Shown piece by piece: positions 9,323-18,549 of a stretch of 64,000 nt of DNA. Every line of letters starts with the position of its first letter. The first letter of the stretch is position 1. The stretch comes from a virus (lineage: Duplodnaviria; Caudoviricetes): the IMG/VR virus record IMGVR_UViG_2784746770_000001, positions 65,293 through 129,292 of that record; one strand, written 5' to 3'. The position numbers and the translations under genes were made by a program. The notes under the pieces are model-generated. The model did no database searches. It saw only the letters and a program-made list of their open reading frames with translations, and was not told where the DNA came from.

Positions 9323-11629
9323 TTGTGCCCGCACAAGGTGGCCGAGCACGGAGCCATGATGCCGTATGCCCGCGCGCGCTTCCAGCCCTCCCAGGCGGCG
9401 CGCCGCACAACAAGCCCTCCAGAAGGCGACAAATCGACCCATGGAGAGGCGCAGCTCACCCTTTTCGCGCTCCCCCATCCGGGTGCTCCGGAAGCGCGTC
9501 CGATTCCCCTCCAGCACCAGCTCGGCCTTCCCGGGGTGATGCTCGACCTGTCGCCGCGCGCCGAGCTGCGCGTGGACACCCGCGACGAACTCGGACGCTG
9601 GCAGCACGAGTACAAGGAGGTCCCGCTCGCCGGATTCACCCCGAGCGGACCGTACGCACTGCACCTCACGGACGATCAACACCGCTTCCGGTGGCTCGTG
9701 TTCGACCTCGACACCGCACAGGGCGCGGTCGGCCTCGACCTGGCCAGACTGCTCCGCCACCTCACCGAGGCCGGCCTGAGCTTCGTCACGGTTGCCTCCG
9801 GCCCGACCGGCGGACGCCACGTGTGGGTCGCGGCGACCACTCCCCTGCCGCACCGACTCGTCCGGCTCATCAACACCGCGGCGAAGAAGGTCCTGCCCAC
9901 CCTCGACACCTCCGTGCTCAGCAACCCCGCCACCGGGGCCGTACGGCCGATCGGGTCACCACACCGCGACGGCGGCCGCGCCACGCTGATCTCCCCGGAC
10001 ACCGAGGTCGAAGCCGCTCGCCGCCTCACGCCGGCGTCGTGCGGCAATCCCGTCGAAGCGTTCGAGCGCCTGGCGGTCCTTCTCGGCGCCGACCCCCGAG
10101 ACGCCACGCCTGCCCCGCTCCAACGTCGATCCACAGTCGTCCACGACCGACTGGGCCCCCGCCTCGCCGGCACCCCTTCCACGCTCCTGGACACCGACAC
10201 CGCCGCCACCCTGCGAGCCGTCCCCGACGACGCGAGCCGCGCCCTGGCCTCCCTCCTCGTCCGCCTGGCCGTCCGCCGCTGGACGTGGCCGATGGTCCAG
10301 GCCCTGCTGAGGCAACAGGAGTACCGCCGCGGCGCGCTGCTGCACGCCTGCACCCGCCGCCGCGCCGGGTACCGCGTACAGGTGTCCGACGAGGCCGCCG
10401 AACGGCGCCTGGCCCGACAGTGGAGCCGGTGCGTCGAGTTCGCCTCGCGGATGCCCGCGCGGGATCTCCACGACGACGATGTCCCCTGGAACGATCGCCT
10501 GCGCGATGTTGTCGCTCTGGTCGTCGCGCTCCAGACAGCTGCCGACGCCACTCCTGACCGCTGGGCCATCGAGTCGGGCCCTGCAGACCGCGCGGTGCTC
10601 GACCTGCTGTGCCTGTACGCCCTCAAGGCGGGCACGCTCATTCTCGACCTCGATATCCGTCGGGCCGCCCTCGGCACCGGACACGGCCGGTCCACGATGG
10701 CGAGGGCCACCGGCCGGCTCGCTCTCGACGGGTTCGTCGTCGCCCGGGTGAGCGCAGGAAAGGCGGGAACCTGGGAACTGCTCCCCCTCGATGACGACCA
10801 CCCTCTCGCCCACGCCGCCTTCCAGATCGACATCAATGCCTGGGGTGGGACACAAGGACCCCGCCCATGGGTCGAGGCCGCCCGCACCAACATGGTGGAG
10901 AAGCTCCAGGAGCGTCTGGAGCACATCAGGGCGGACGTCTTCTCTTACGGCCGACTCGGCCACGGACCCACACGACGGCCAGGAGGAATCGGTCACCACA
11001 CGGGCCGGCTGTACGCGGCACTTGCTGAGCACCGGGCGGGCCCGCTGAGCGTTGCCGCGCTCATGGCCGCCACCGGATACGAACGCCGCTGCGTGAAGCG
11101 GAAGCTGGTCCGGATGCAGGAGCTCATGGTCGTGGCCAGGGCCTCTCTCGTACCCCACCATGAATGCCCGACCTGCCACGCGGCTCCGGGAAGTGCTTGT
11201 CGTACGCCCAGCGGGAGCGCCCTGCCGAAGGGTGAGAGGCACGCTCAGAGGACGGCGCTGGCCCGGGCCCGAGCGAAGGCCGGGTACTGGAGGGCGCGTG
11301 AAGGGGCCTGTCTGGTCCAGGCGGCCCAGACGATCGCCGTGCACGGGACGGTCGCCCGTCGGGCCCGGTTCTACGCGGCCGAGATCGAGCTGTGGAACTG
11401 GTGGCAGGACGAAGAGGACTGGATGCGCAGCCCGAAGAAGGGCGTCCGCCGGGGGCCGAGCACGCACGAGGACCAGACGGAAGTCGTCTTGACGACGCTG
11501 GGGCCGTGGAAGCAGCGTCGTCGGTATCCGCGGCATGTGGTCACCTCGGCCGATGGTGGGCGGAGGCCCGGTCGGGCAGACCACAAAGCCGCTTGGGAGC
11601 GGGTCCTGCGTCGGATGCCGATGGTGTAG
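9323..11629 (+). CDS. Putative replication initiator with AEP primase-polymerase-like N-terminus, HTH and Zn finger (start uncertain)
   Basis: WLVFDLD (DxD) and VASGPTGGRHVWV (SG..G.H) AEP motifs; C-terminal CPTCHAAPGSAC. Confidence 0.7.
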   Translation: MCPHKVAEHGAMMPYARARFQPSQAARRTTSPPEGDKSTHGEAQLTLFALPHPGAPEARPIPLQHQLGLPGVMLDLSPRAELRVDTRDELGRWQHEYKEVPLAGFTPSGPYALHLTDDQHRFRWLVFDLDTAQGAVGLDLARLLRHLTEAGLSFVTVASGPTGGRHVWVAATTPLPHRLVRLINTAAKKVLPTLDTSVLSNPATGAVRPIGSPHRDGGRATLISPDTEVEAARRLTPASCGNPVEAFERLAVLLGADPRDATPAPLQRRSTVVHDRLGPRLAGTPSTLLDTDTAATLRAVPDDASRALASLLVRLAVRRWTWPMVQALLRQQEYRRGALLHACTRRRAGYRVQVSDEAAERRLARQWSRCVEFASRMPARDLHDDDVPWNDRLRDVVALVVALQTAADATPDRWAIESGPADRAVLDLLCLYALKAGTLILDLDIRRAALGTGHGRSTMARATGRLALDGFVVARVSAGKAGTWELLPLDDDHPLAHAAFQIDINAWGGTQGPRPWVEAARTNMVEKLQERLEHIRADVFSYGRLGHGPTRRPGGIGHHTGRLYAALAEHRAGPLSVAALMAATGYERRCVKRKLVRMQELMVVARASLVPHHECPTCHAAPGSACRTPSGSALPKGERHAQRTALARARAKAGYWRAREGACLVQAAQTIAVHGTVARRARFYAAEIELWNWWQDEEDWMRSPKKGVRRGPSTHEDQTEVVLTTLGPWKQRRRYPRHVVTSADGGRRPGRADHKAAWERVLRRMPMV

Positions 11630-11647
11630 GTGGCAGGACCCGCTATC

Positions 11648-12139
11648 TCAGCGTCGACCGTTGCCCGAAGACGGGGAGGAGCCGCGGCGCCAGCTGGACG
11701 GCGCGCGGCTGCGGAAAGTCTCCCCCGACAGGACGGCTTGCCGGTTGCGCTCGAACGCGCTGTCCGCCCCGGAGCCCGAGCGGGTCTTGGGAGGGAAGAC
11801 GCAGTCACTATGGGCCCACCCAGCGAAGATCTTCGTCACCAGGGTCTTGGCTGGGTACGACTCTTCGCACATCGGGCACCTTCCCGGGTAGCGCGAAGGC
11901 GTGCCAGGGCCCTTTCGCTGCGGCTGGGGCTTTGAGGGCGTCCGGTCGGGGGGAGCCGGTGGTCCCGCCTGGCGCTGGCCTGCCAAGGTGGCTCGTTCCA
12001 GGCAAGAGGAATGGCAGGGTTTGCGTGACTTGCTCAGCTTGCGCTGGGCGCTACCGATCGGTCGACGGCAGATGGCACACAGATCGCCCGGCCGTCCTGG
12101 TGGTCCGTCGCGGCCCGCCCGGGGCCTAGGGGTCTTCAC
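11648..12139 (-). CDS. Hypothetical Cys/His-rich (Zn-binding) protein
   Basis: CAIC..CHSSC and CPMC..HSDC pairs; codon usage is atypical. Confidence 0.45.
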   Translation of the reverse strand: MKTPRPRAGRDGPPGRPGDLCAICRRPIGSAQRKLSKSRKPCHSSCLERATLAGQRQAGPPAPPDRTPSKPQPQRKGPGTPSRYPGRCPMCEESYPAKTLVTKIFAGWAHSDCVFPPKTRSGSGADSAFERNRQAVLSGETFRSRAPSSWRRGSSPSSGNGRR

Positions 12140-12233
12140 GCAGCGGATCGTAGTGGCGGCATGGCGCGGGAGGCCGGAAGTTTGTCAGGTTGCTCAGGCC
12201 GAGGCCGTTTATCGGCCACGAGGAGACGTCTTT

Positions 12234-12770
12234 TCAGGCAAGGCGGCGGACGGCTGCCCAGGTCTGGAAACCGTCGGGAAGCGTGGTCGAGCCGCACTCC
12301 TCGGTGAACACGTGGGCAGCGTGGAGCATGCGGTCCGGGGCCGTGAAGAACGGGCCGGTGTCCTCCTCGACAGCGACGAAGACGTGCTCGTCGTCCATCC
12401 AGATCTGGCACCACAGGGTGGTCCCCCAGGGCTGCCGGGCCGCCGCCGACCCCGCCAGTTCGGCAAGGCAGACCAGAGCCCGATGGGTCGTGACCTCGGC
12501 CCTGGGGTCGGTTGAACCCCGGAAGAAGAGCGTGTTCAGGAGCATGCCGCCCGTCTGCCGGGCGTCGGCGGCGCTGTCGGCGCCCGCGGTGAGGCAGAAG
12601 CGGCTGGAGCGCGCGGCGAGGAGCCGCGCGGCGTCGGTGGCGGCGTGATCAGGCCGGAGGGCCACTTGCTGTGTCGGTATGCCGCGGCGCTCGCCAGCGC
12701 TGGCCAGGACATTCGTGCGGGTGGTCATGGCGCGGCGGAAGCCCGCGGGCGAGTCCGGCGTCTCGGTCAC
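12234..12770 (-). CDS. Divergent HATPase/RsbW-like ATP-binding regulatory protein
   Basis: THRALVCLAELAGSA..LWCQIWMDDEHVFVAVEED and terminal QTWAAV resemble the Streptomyces ATP-binding proteins found divergent from XRE regulators. Confidence 0.55.
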   Translation of the reverse strand: MTETPDSPAGFRRAMTTRTNVLASAGERRGIPTQQVALRPDHAATDAARLLAARSSRFCLTAGADSAADARQTGGMLLNTLFFRGSTDPRAEVTTHRALVCLAELAGSAAARQPWGTTLWCQIWMDDEHVFVAVEEDTGPFFTAPDRMLHAAHVFTEECGSTTLPDGFQTWAAVRRLA

Positions 12771-12840
12771 TCTGTCTCGTCCCCGGTCGGTGGCGGATGG
12801 CTGGCTGCGATGGGCCGGGGCGCTTCACCCCCTGACCTCC

Positions 12841-12908
12841 CTAAACAATAGTTGCCTAGCATCGACCGACCGTCACATATGCCTGTGGCATAGTCAACTA
12901 TTGTTTAG
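12841..12908. promoter_or_regulatory. Operator pair: perfect 14-bp inverted repeat in a divergent promoter region
   Basis: CTAAACAATAGTTG (12841-12854) / CAACTATTGTTTAG (12895-12908); AT-rich. Confidence 0.75.
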
Positions 12909-12938
12909 AGCCCCTCCAGCGAGAGCAGCAACCCGCCC

Positions 12939-13454
12939 ATGCCCCACACACGCAGGCAGTCGTCCGAGAGCGACAGAAAGCCCGTGCCGGCCCCCGGCCC
13001 CGGCTCGTCGTTCGCCGATCGACTGAACTACCTGTTCGACAACCTGCGGCCGAGCGCCAGCGACGAGGACTACCGGAAGAAGGCCACCGCGACCGGGGAG
13101 TTCTCGAACGCCTACGTTGCCGACGCTGCCTCCGCCCTCGGTCCCATGAGCATCACGGCGTCCTACATCGGTCAGCTACGGAACCCGGCCGAATCGAAGA
13201 ACCCTAGCGGCAAGGTCATACAGACCCTGGCGAATTTCTTCGAAGTGAAGGCCGGCTACTTCCTCGACGACGAGGTCACACAGTCGATCGTCGGCCAGTT
13301 CGACCTGGTGAGGAAGCTGAACGACCAGGGCGTCACGAACATCGCCCTCCGGGTCGCCGACCTGTCTCCAACGAGCCGAGAGGCTGTGCTCGCCCTGGTC
13401 AATCAGGTGCGGCAGTTGGAGGGGCTACCCCCCGAGCCAGAAGAGCTGAAGTAA
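12939..13454 (+). CDS. XRE/EspR-like HTH regulator
   Basis: FADRLNYLFDNLRP..SNAYVA..ITASYIGQLR..NPSGKVIQTLANFFEVKAGYFLDD matches the EspR-like pattern. Confidence 0.85.
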   Translation: MPHTRRQSSESDRKPVPAPGPGSSFADRLNYLFDNLRPSASDEDYRKKATATGEFSNAYVADAASALGPMSITASYIGQLRNPAESKNPSGKVIQTLANFFEVKAGYFLDDEVTQSIVGQFDLVRKLNDQGVTNIALRVADLSPTSREAVLALVNQVRQLEGLPPEPEELK

Positions 13455-13508
13455 CTTGAACATGTTCAAACGACGATGAAGAACCGCACAGCCACGGAGG
13501 GGAGAACC

Positions 13509-14093
13509 ATGTGGAAGAGACGGCGTCGAGCGCGCCCCTCCCACCTGGAGCCGGACGAAGGGCACCAGCTCGCCCGGGAGTTCGTGACCGGCCTCAGCCT
13601 TCCGCCGGCACGCAGCGTCCGCGACCTCATCCCGTTCGTCGAGGACTACACCGGCCGGCCGATCCGGCTTGTCCCGGTCACCGAACGGGACGCCTTGCCG
13701 GACATGGGAGAGAGCTCGTCCCCATGCGGCGCGTGGCTTGCCACCGAAACGACGGACCACATCTTCTACGACGCCATGACCAGCGTCGCCCACCAGGACC
13801 TCATCATCGGCCACGAGCTCGCGCACATCCTCCGCGAGCATCGGAGGCTCGACGACGAGAGGAAAGCTGACAAACTCAGCGGCCTCGGTGACCTCGGCGG
13901 TCTGCTTCCCGACATGACGCCGAACATGATCAAGATGCTGCTCGGCCGCACCCGATACTCCGTACCGAAGGAGGCGGACGCCGAGCACATCGGTTCGATG
14001 CTCCAGGAGCACGTCAACTCCACCTCGCACCTAGTCGCCGCCCACCGCGACGACCCGATATCCCGCACGCTCCTGCGAAGGCCGCCTCGTTGA
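13509..14093 (+). CDS. ImmA/IrrE-like HEXXH metallopeptidase-domain regulator
   Basis: CGAWLAT..DHIFYD..HQDLIIGHELAHIL..EADAEHIG. Confidence 0.8.
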   Translation: MWKRRRRARPSHLEPDEGHQLAREFVTGLSLPPARSVRDLIPFVEDYTGRPIRLVPVTERDALPDMGESSSPCGAWLATETTDHIFYDAMTSVAHQDLIIGHELAHILREHRRLDDERKADKLSGLGDLGGLLPDMTPNMIKMLLGRTRYSVPKEADAEHIGSMLQEHVNSTSHLVAAHRDDPISRTLLRRPPR

Positions 14094-15313
14094 AAGACCT
14101 CCTGCACCCCCTGTGCTTGATCCTCGCCGGCACCGGGTTCCTCGTCCTGCTCCGCGACCTGACCCGTGACCGACGAGGGGATCCGGCCCTCGGCGCTCTT
14201 GCCTGGGCCTTCCTCGCCTCCGCCCTCAGCTACGCCGTCTCCATGACCTGGGTCTGGATCCGGGTCGACGACTTCTTCGGTGTGACGAACATCGTCGTCC
14301 CGATCGCCCAGGGCCTGGTGATCCTCGTCCTGACGCTCCAGAGCATTGTCCTGGCCTACTGGTCCCGGCCGGCCGAACAGGCACGGCGCCGGGCCAGGCA
14401 CCTGCTGATCGCGGGGGTGACGGTGATCGCGGGGATGGCGGCACTCTTCGTGCTGCTCACCCCAGCCACGCAGCGGCCGGTGGACTTCTCGCTGTACTAC
14501 GCCCACGACCCCTTCTACCAGGCGTACGTGCTGCTGTACTTCGGCACGTACTCGGCCGCCGAGATCTACCTCGCCCGGTCCTGCTGGAAGTACGCGCGCA
14601 CGGCTGCCCCCTCGGTCGCATTCGGCCTGCGTCTGGTCGCTGTCGGCGCCACCATCACCCTCGGCTACAGCGGCATCCGCATCGCCGGCATCATCGGCGC
14701 CGAGGCCGGATTCAGCGTCAGCCACCTCAACAACTTCGCCTGGGCCTGCGGCGACATCGGTGCCGCCATGACCCAGGTCGGCTACTTCATCCCGGTCATC
14801 GCCGCCCGGCTCGGCCCCTTCCTCGCTCTCGCCCGCGAGCACTACGCCTACGCCCGGCTCGACAACCTGTGGACCACCCTGGTTCGCAGCGACCCCAGCG
14901 TCGTCCTCCAGCCGCCGGTCTCCCAGCGGCAGTACCTGCGCGAGCGCAAGGGCCTCCACTACGAGCTCATCCGGCGCCGTGCCGAGATCCGCGACGCCAT
15001 GATCACGCTGCGCCCGTACCTCAGCGCCGAGGACCGCCGCGCCATCGAGGAGCGCCGGCGCCGCCCGTGGAGGTTCGGCCGCTGGCTCACAGCCGCCGTC
15101 ACCGCCGACCAGGTCCAGCGCGCCCTCGTCCTCCACGCGCAGGGCGCGCCGGTCGACGACCCCACCGAGTACGCCGACCGCGCGCTAGCGCTCGACACTG
15201 CCCGCGCTGAGGAACTACACCTCCTGCGTGTCGCCGCCTTCTTCTACGCGCCGCCGCAGCTCGCCCCCTCTGCTTCTTCCACCAGTACGACCTCTTCAGG
15301 AGCACGCACTTGA
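14090..15313 (+). CDS. MAB_1171c-family multi-pass membrane protein with a DUF6545-like C-terminus
   Basis: About 7 TM helices followed by LIRRRAEIRDAMITLRPY; usual context after an HEXXH regulator. Confidence 0.8.
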   Translation: MKDLLHPLCLILAGTGFLVLLRDLTRDRRGDPALGALAWAFLASALSYAVSMTWVWIRVDDFFGVTNIVVPIAQGLVILVLTLQSIVLAYWSRPAEQARRRARHLLIAGVTVIAGMAALFVLLTPATQRPVDFSLYYAHDPFYQAYVLLYFGTYSAAEIYLARSCWKYARTAAPSVAFGLRLVAVGATITLGYSGIRIAGIIGAEAGFSVSHLNNFAWACGDIGAAMTQVGYFIPVIAARLGPFLALAREHYAYARLDNLWTTLVRSDPSVVLQPPVSQRQYLRERKGLHYELIRRRAEIRDAMITLRPYLSAEDRRAIEERRRRPWRFGRWLTAAVTADQVQRALVLHAQGAPVDDPTEYADRALALDTARAEELHLLRVAAFFYAPPQLAPSASSTSTTSSGART

Positions 15314-16878
15314 TGTCCCGCCGCACTCTCCTCGCCGCGTCCGCGGCCGTCGCCGGCGCCCTCGGCATAGCCCGCCCTGCCGCCGCCGAGGAGGGCAGCG
15401 CCGCCCGCGCCGCCACCCCGCTCTACCTCGCCCCCGCCCGCCAGCAGCTCACCGCGCTCCGCAACGGCTACATCTCCAGCCGGGACCTGCTCGAACAGCT
15501 CCTCGCGCACCACGCCAAGCACAACCCGAGCCTGAACGCCGTCGCCACCCTCGACGCGGCTGCCGCCCGTGCCGCCGCCGACAAGGCCGACCAGTACCTC
15601 GCCAGCACCGGCTGGACCCTCGGCCCGCTCCACGGCCTGCCGATCACTGTCAAGGACGCTCTGGAGACGAAGGGGATGCGCACCACCTGCGGCTCCCCCG
15701 ACCTCACCGGCCACATCCCCACCACCGACGCCGACGCCGTCGCCCTCCTGCGCGCCGCCGGCGCCATCATCATCGGCAAGACCAACGTGCCGGTCATGTG
15801 CCAGGACATCCAAACGAGCAACCCGCTGTTCGGCACCACGAAGAACCCCTTCGCTGCCGACCGCACCGCCGGCGGCTCCTCCGGCGGCCCCGCGGCCGCC
15901 GTCGCCGCGGGCCTGTCCTCCCTCGAAGTCGGCTCCGACCTCGCCGGATCGCTTCGCCTCCCGGCCGCGTACTGCGGCGTCTACGCCCTGCGGACCAGCC
16001 GCGGCACCTCCCCCATCGTGCCCACGCGCGGTCACATCCCGCGCCCGCCCGGCTGGCTCACCAGCAGCGACATGCTCTCCCTCGGACCGATCGCCCGCAC
16101 GCCCGCCGACCTCGACCTCCTCCTGGACGTGCTCGCCGCCCCGGCCCCGGCCGACGCGTCCGCCTGGCAGATCAACCTCCCGGCCCCCACGAAGACGTGC
16201 CTGAGCCAGTACCGGATCGGTATCTGGGCCGATGACGCGTACTGCCGCGTCGGCGCCGATGTCCGCGGCCTGCTCGCCACGGTCGCCCAGGCCGTCCGCA
16301 CCGCCGGCGCGCGCGTCGACGACACCACGAAGCCCGTCGACTTCGCGGCCAGCGACAAGTTGTTCCAGCGCCTGATGTACGCGACGTCCGCCGCCAGCTC
16401 CACCGACGCCGCGTTCGCCGGCGAGGTCGCGGCCGCCGACGCCCTCGCCGACGACGACCCGAGCGCCCTCTACCTCAAGAGCCGCACCATGCGACACCGC
16501 GACTGGGCGCGCGCCGACGAGGACCGGCAGAAGCTCCGCGCCACCTGGGCCTCCTACTTCGAGACCCACGACATCCTCATCACCCCCGCGGCCCCGACCG
16601 CCGCCGTCCTCGACCAGACCTCCGTCCCGGTCCCCCAGCGGTACATCACCGTCGACGGCCAGAAGCGCTCGTACTACGACCAGACCGCGTGGATCAACCT
16701 CGCCGGACCGGTCGGCCTCCCCTCGCTCGTCGTCCCGGCCGGCCAGACCGCCGACGGCCTCCCGCTCGCCATCCAGCTCATCGGCCCGCACCTGACCGAC
16801 CGCACCCTCATCTCCGTCGCCCAGCTCCTCGCGAACGTCCTTCCGACCGCCCCGAAGGCCCCGGCGCTCGCCGGATAG
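15313..16878 (+). CDS. Tat-exported amidase-signature family amidase
   Basis: SRRTLL Tat signal with an AAA cleavage site; GPLHGLPITVKD, GKTNVP, GGSSGG and GSDLAGSLRLPAAYCG motifs. Confidence 0.92.
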   Translation: MSRRTLLAASAAVAGALGIARPAAAEEGSAARAATPLYLAPARQQLTALRNGYISSRDLLEQLLAHHAKHNPSLNAVATLDAAAARAAADKADQYLASTGWTLGPLHGLPITVKDALETKGMRTTCGSPDLTGHIPTTDADAVALLRAAGAIIIGKTNVPVMCQDIQTSNPLFGTTKNPFAADRTAGGSSGGPAAAVAAGLSSLEVGSDLAGSLRLPAAYCGVYALRTSRGTSPIVPTRGHIPRPPGWLTSSDMLSLGPIARTPADLDLLLDVLAAPAPADASAWQINLPAPTKTCLSQYRIGIWADDAYCRVGADVRGLLATVAQAVRTAGARVDDTTKPVDFAASDKLFQRLMYATSAASSTDAAFAGEVAAADALADDDPSALYLKSRTMRHRDWARADEDRQKLRATWASYFETHDILITPAAPTAAVLDQTSVPVPQRYITVDGQKRSYYDQTAWINLAGPVGLPSLVVPAGQTADGLPLAIQLIGPHLTDRTLISVAQLLANVLPTAPKAPALAG

Positions 16879-16944
16879 CCCAGCGGCAGCAAGTTCCGGT
16901 GGTCCGGCCCTCGCGGGGGTGGGGCGGGGCCGCCGAGCAAGACA

Positions 16945-16976
16945 AGGGGCCAGGGTTCGTGTGAACCCTGGCCCCT
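16945..16976. terminator. Bidirectional hairpin terminator
   Basis: 14-bp perfect stem AGGGGCCAGGGTTC-gtgt-GAACCCTGGCCCCT between convergent genes. Confidence 0.8.
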
Positions 16977-17010
16977 CGTTTATGCCGGACGACTTGGCAG
17001 CATCGGCACG

Positions 17011-18294
17011 TCAGATCGTACGCAGCCCCGCCCGAGGCGCGGTCACGCCCACCCGCCACCGAGACGGCTGCGCCGCACCCTTCCAGCGCGGCACACCGCT
17101 CGGGCGCGGCACGGCCCGCTCCGGCCGCTCACCCGGCAGGTCCCACCCGCTGATCACGACCTCGGGATCGATCAGCGCCTCCACCGCTGGCCAGACCATG
17201 AACGGCGACAGGCGGACCAGCTCGGCCAACTGCTCGCGCTCCTCTTCGGACTGCCCCAGCCCGGCCGCGGGCTGCGACACCTGCTCACGGGCGGAGGCCA
17301 GCAAGGTGGGCCGGTCAAGGTGGATCGGCACGCCGTGCAGGCCGTCCCACGTGCCGTCGCTGTCGATCAGGAGGCGCAGCTCGGGCCGCCCCGTGTTGGA
17401 GTCGTGCTCCAGGTGCACGAAGACTCCCCGGACCTGCGGGAGCGTCCCGGCCTCCGCCAGCGGAGTCGACGGCCAGGCGATGTAGACGCAGTGCTGCGGC
17501 AGTCCTTCGAGGATGCGCTCGCGCGGCAGCGGCTTCTCGGCGGGGACATCGGGCTGGGCCCACGCTGCTGCCACGTGCTTGGCCGCCGCCTCGTCGTCGA
17601 CCCAGTACACGCCCTTGGTCAGCCACCAGGCCGAGAGCGCCGCCACCCGCGCGATGTCGCCCGCGCGCGGGTCGCCCGGGAACCCGCCCCCGTGGGGGTA
17701 CACGACACCGGCCGCCGCTCCCATCGGCACCCAACACCAGTCCGGCCACGCGCCGACCTCCTGGGTCCCCTTGCGGTCCGCGTGCTGGGCCATCTCGGCG
17801 AGGACACCGGGGTACCGCTTGCGCATCTCGCGGACCAGGCCCATGCAGCGGTCGGCCGCCTCCGCGGTCACCTTCTCCGGATCGGACGGCGCGGTCTCGT
17901 ACGACTCCGCCGCCGGGGCCGGGACGGTGAACAGCGGCGTCGCCGGGACCTCCTCCACGCCGTCGCCGTACTCGTCGTCCGCCTCGTCCGTGATCAGACC
18001 CAGGGTGAGGTCATAGGGCAGCTTGCAGACGACGAAGCCGTCCACCATCCGCCACCCGGCCCGCTCGACCGACTTCACCGGCGCGGGCACCAAGTTGTCC
18101 AGCAGCGTCTTCCGGGCCGGGGCGTCGCCGAGCTCGCCCAGGTCGAGAACCACGAGGATGCTGTGCCCGCCGTCCAGCGTGTAGCAGTGCCAGGGGGCCA
18201 GGTCCTCGGGCAGCTTCCGCCCGTAGGTGCGTCCCGGCATGGTCATGCCGGCCAGTACGGTCGCGATGACCATGCCCGGGTCTACGGTGCTCAC
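17011..18294 (-). CDS. Hypothetical protein
   Basis: GAGGAGAGG RBS; 427 aa; high-GC3 codons. Confidence 0.8.
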   Translation of the reverse strand: MSTVDPGMVIATVLAGMTMPGRTYGRKLPEDLAPWHCYTLDGGHSILVVLDLGELGDAPARKTLLDNLVPAPVKSVERAGWRMVDGFVVCKLPYDLTLGLITDEADDEYGDGVEEVPATPLFTVPAPAAESYETAPSDPEKVTAEAADRCMGLVREMRKRYPGVLAEMAQHADRKGTQEVGAWPDWCWVPMGAAAGVVYPHGGGFPGDPRAGDIARVAALSAWWLTKGVYWVDDEAAAKHVAAAWAQPDVPAEKPLPRERILEGLPQHCVYIAWPSTPLAEAGTLPQVRGVFVHLEHDSNTGRPELRLLIDSDGTWDGLHGVPIHLDRPTLLASAREQVSQPAAGLGQSEEEREQLAELVRLSPFMVWPAVEALIDPEVVISGWDLPGERPERAVPRPSGVPRWKGAAQPSRWRVGVTAPRAGLRTI

Positions 18295-18344
18295 AGGTAC
18301 CTCTCCTCAGGGGTGAAGCGGGTAGGGGCGGTAGCGCGGTAGAC

Positions 18345-18510
18345 CGGCTCCGCCCGTTCTTTCCGCGCCTACGGGCGCGGTCGCGTCGGTACGCAGCCCC
18401 GCGGAGGCGGGGAGAAAGGGCTTCGGCCCTTCGTGGTGCCTCACGTGAGTGAGGAGCAGGGCCGCGAGTCGACTCGGGCCGAGAAGCTCACCCTAGCGGG
18501 GTGAGGGGAC
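18345..18510 (+). ncRNA. Candidate multi-hairpin ncRNA
   Basis: Seven consecutive short hairpins; + strand loops include C(UACG)G, C(UUCG)G, GUGA and GGAG. Confidence 0.55.
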
Positions 18511-18549
18511 GCCGCTCAGGCCAACAGTCCGGCCGGGCGACGCAGGTGG

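Noticed and set aside
10849-10856. GACACAAG inside rep
   Set aside because: No matching -10 at the conserved spacing.
18345-18510. tRNA or Streptomyces telomere remnant
   Set aside because: No T-loop or anticodon arm geometry, and the loops are not the GNA triloops typical of Streptomyces telomere palindromes.
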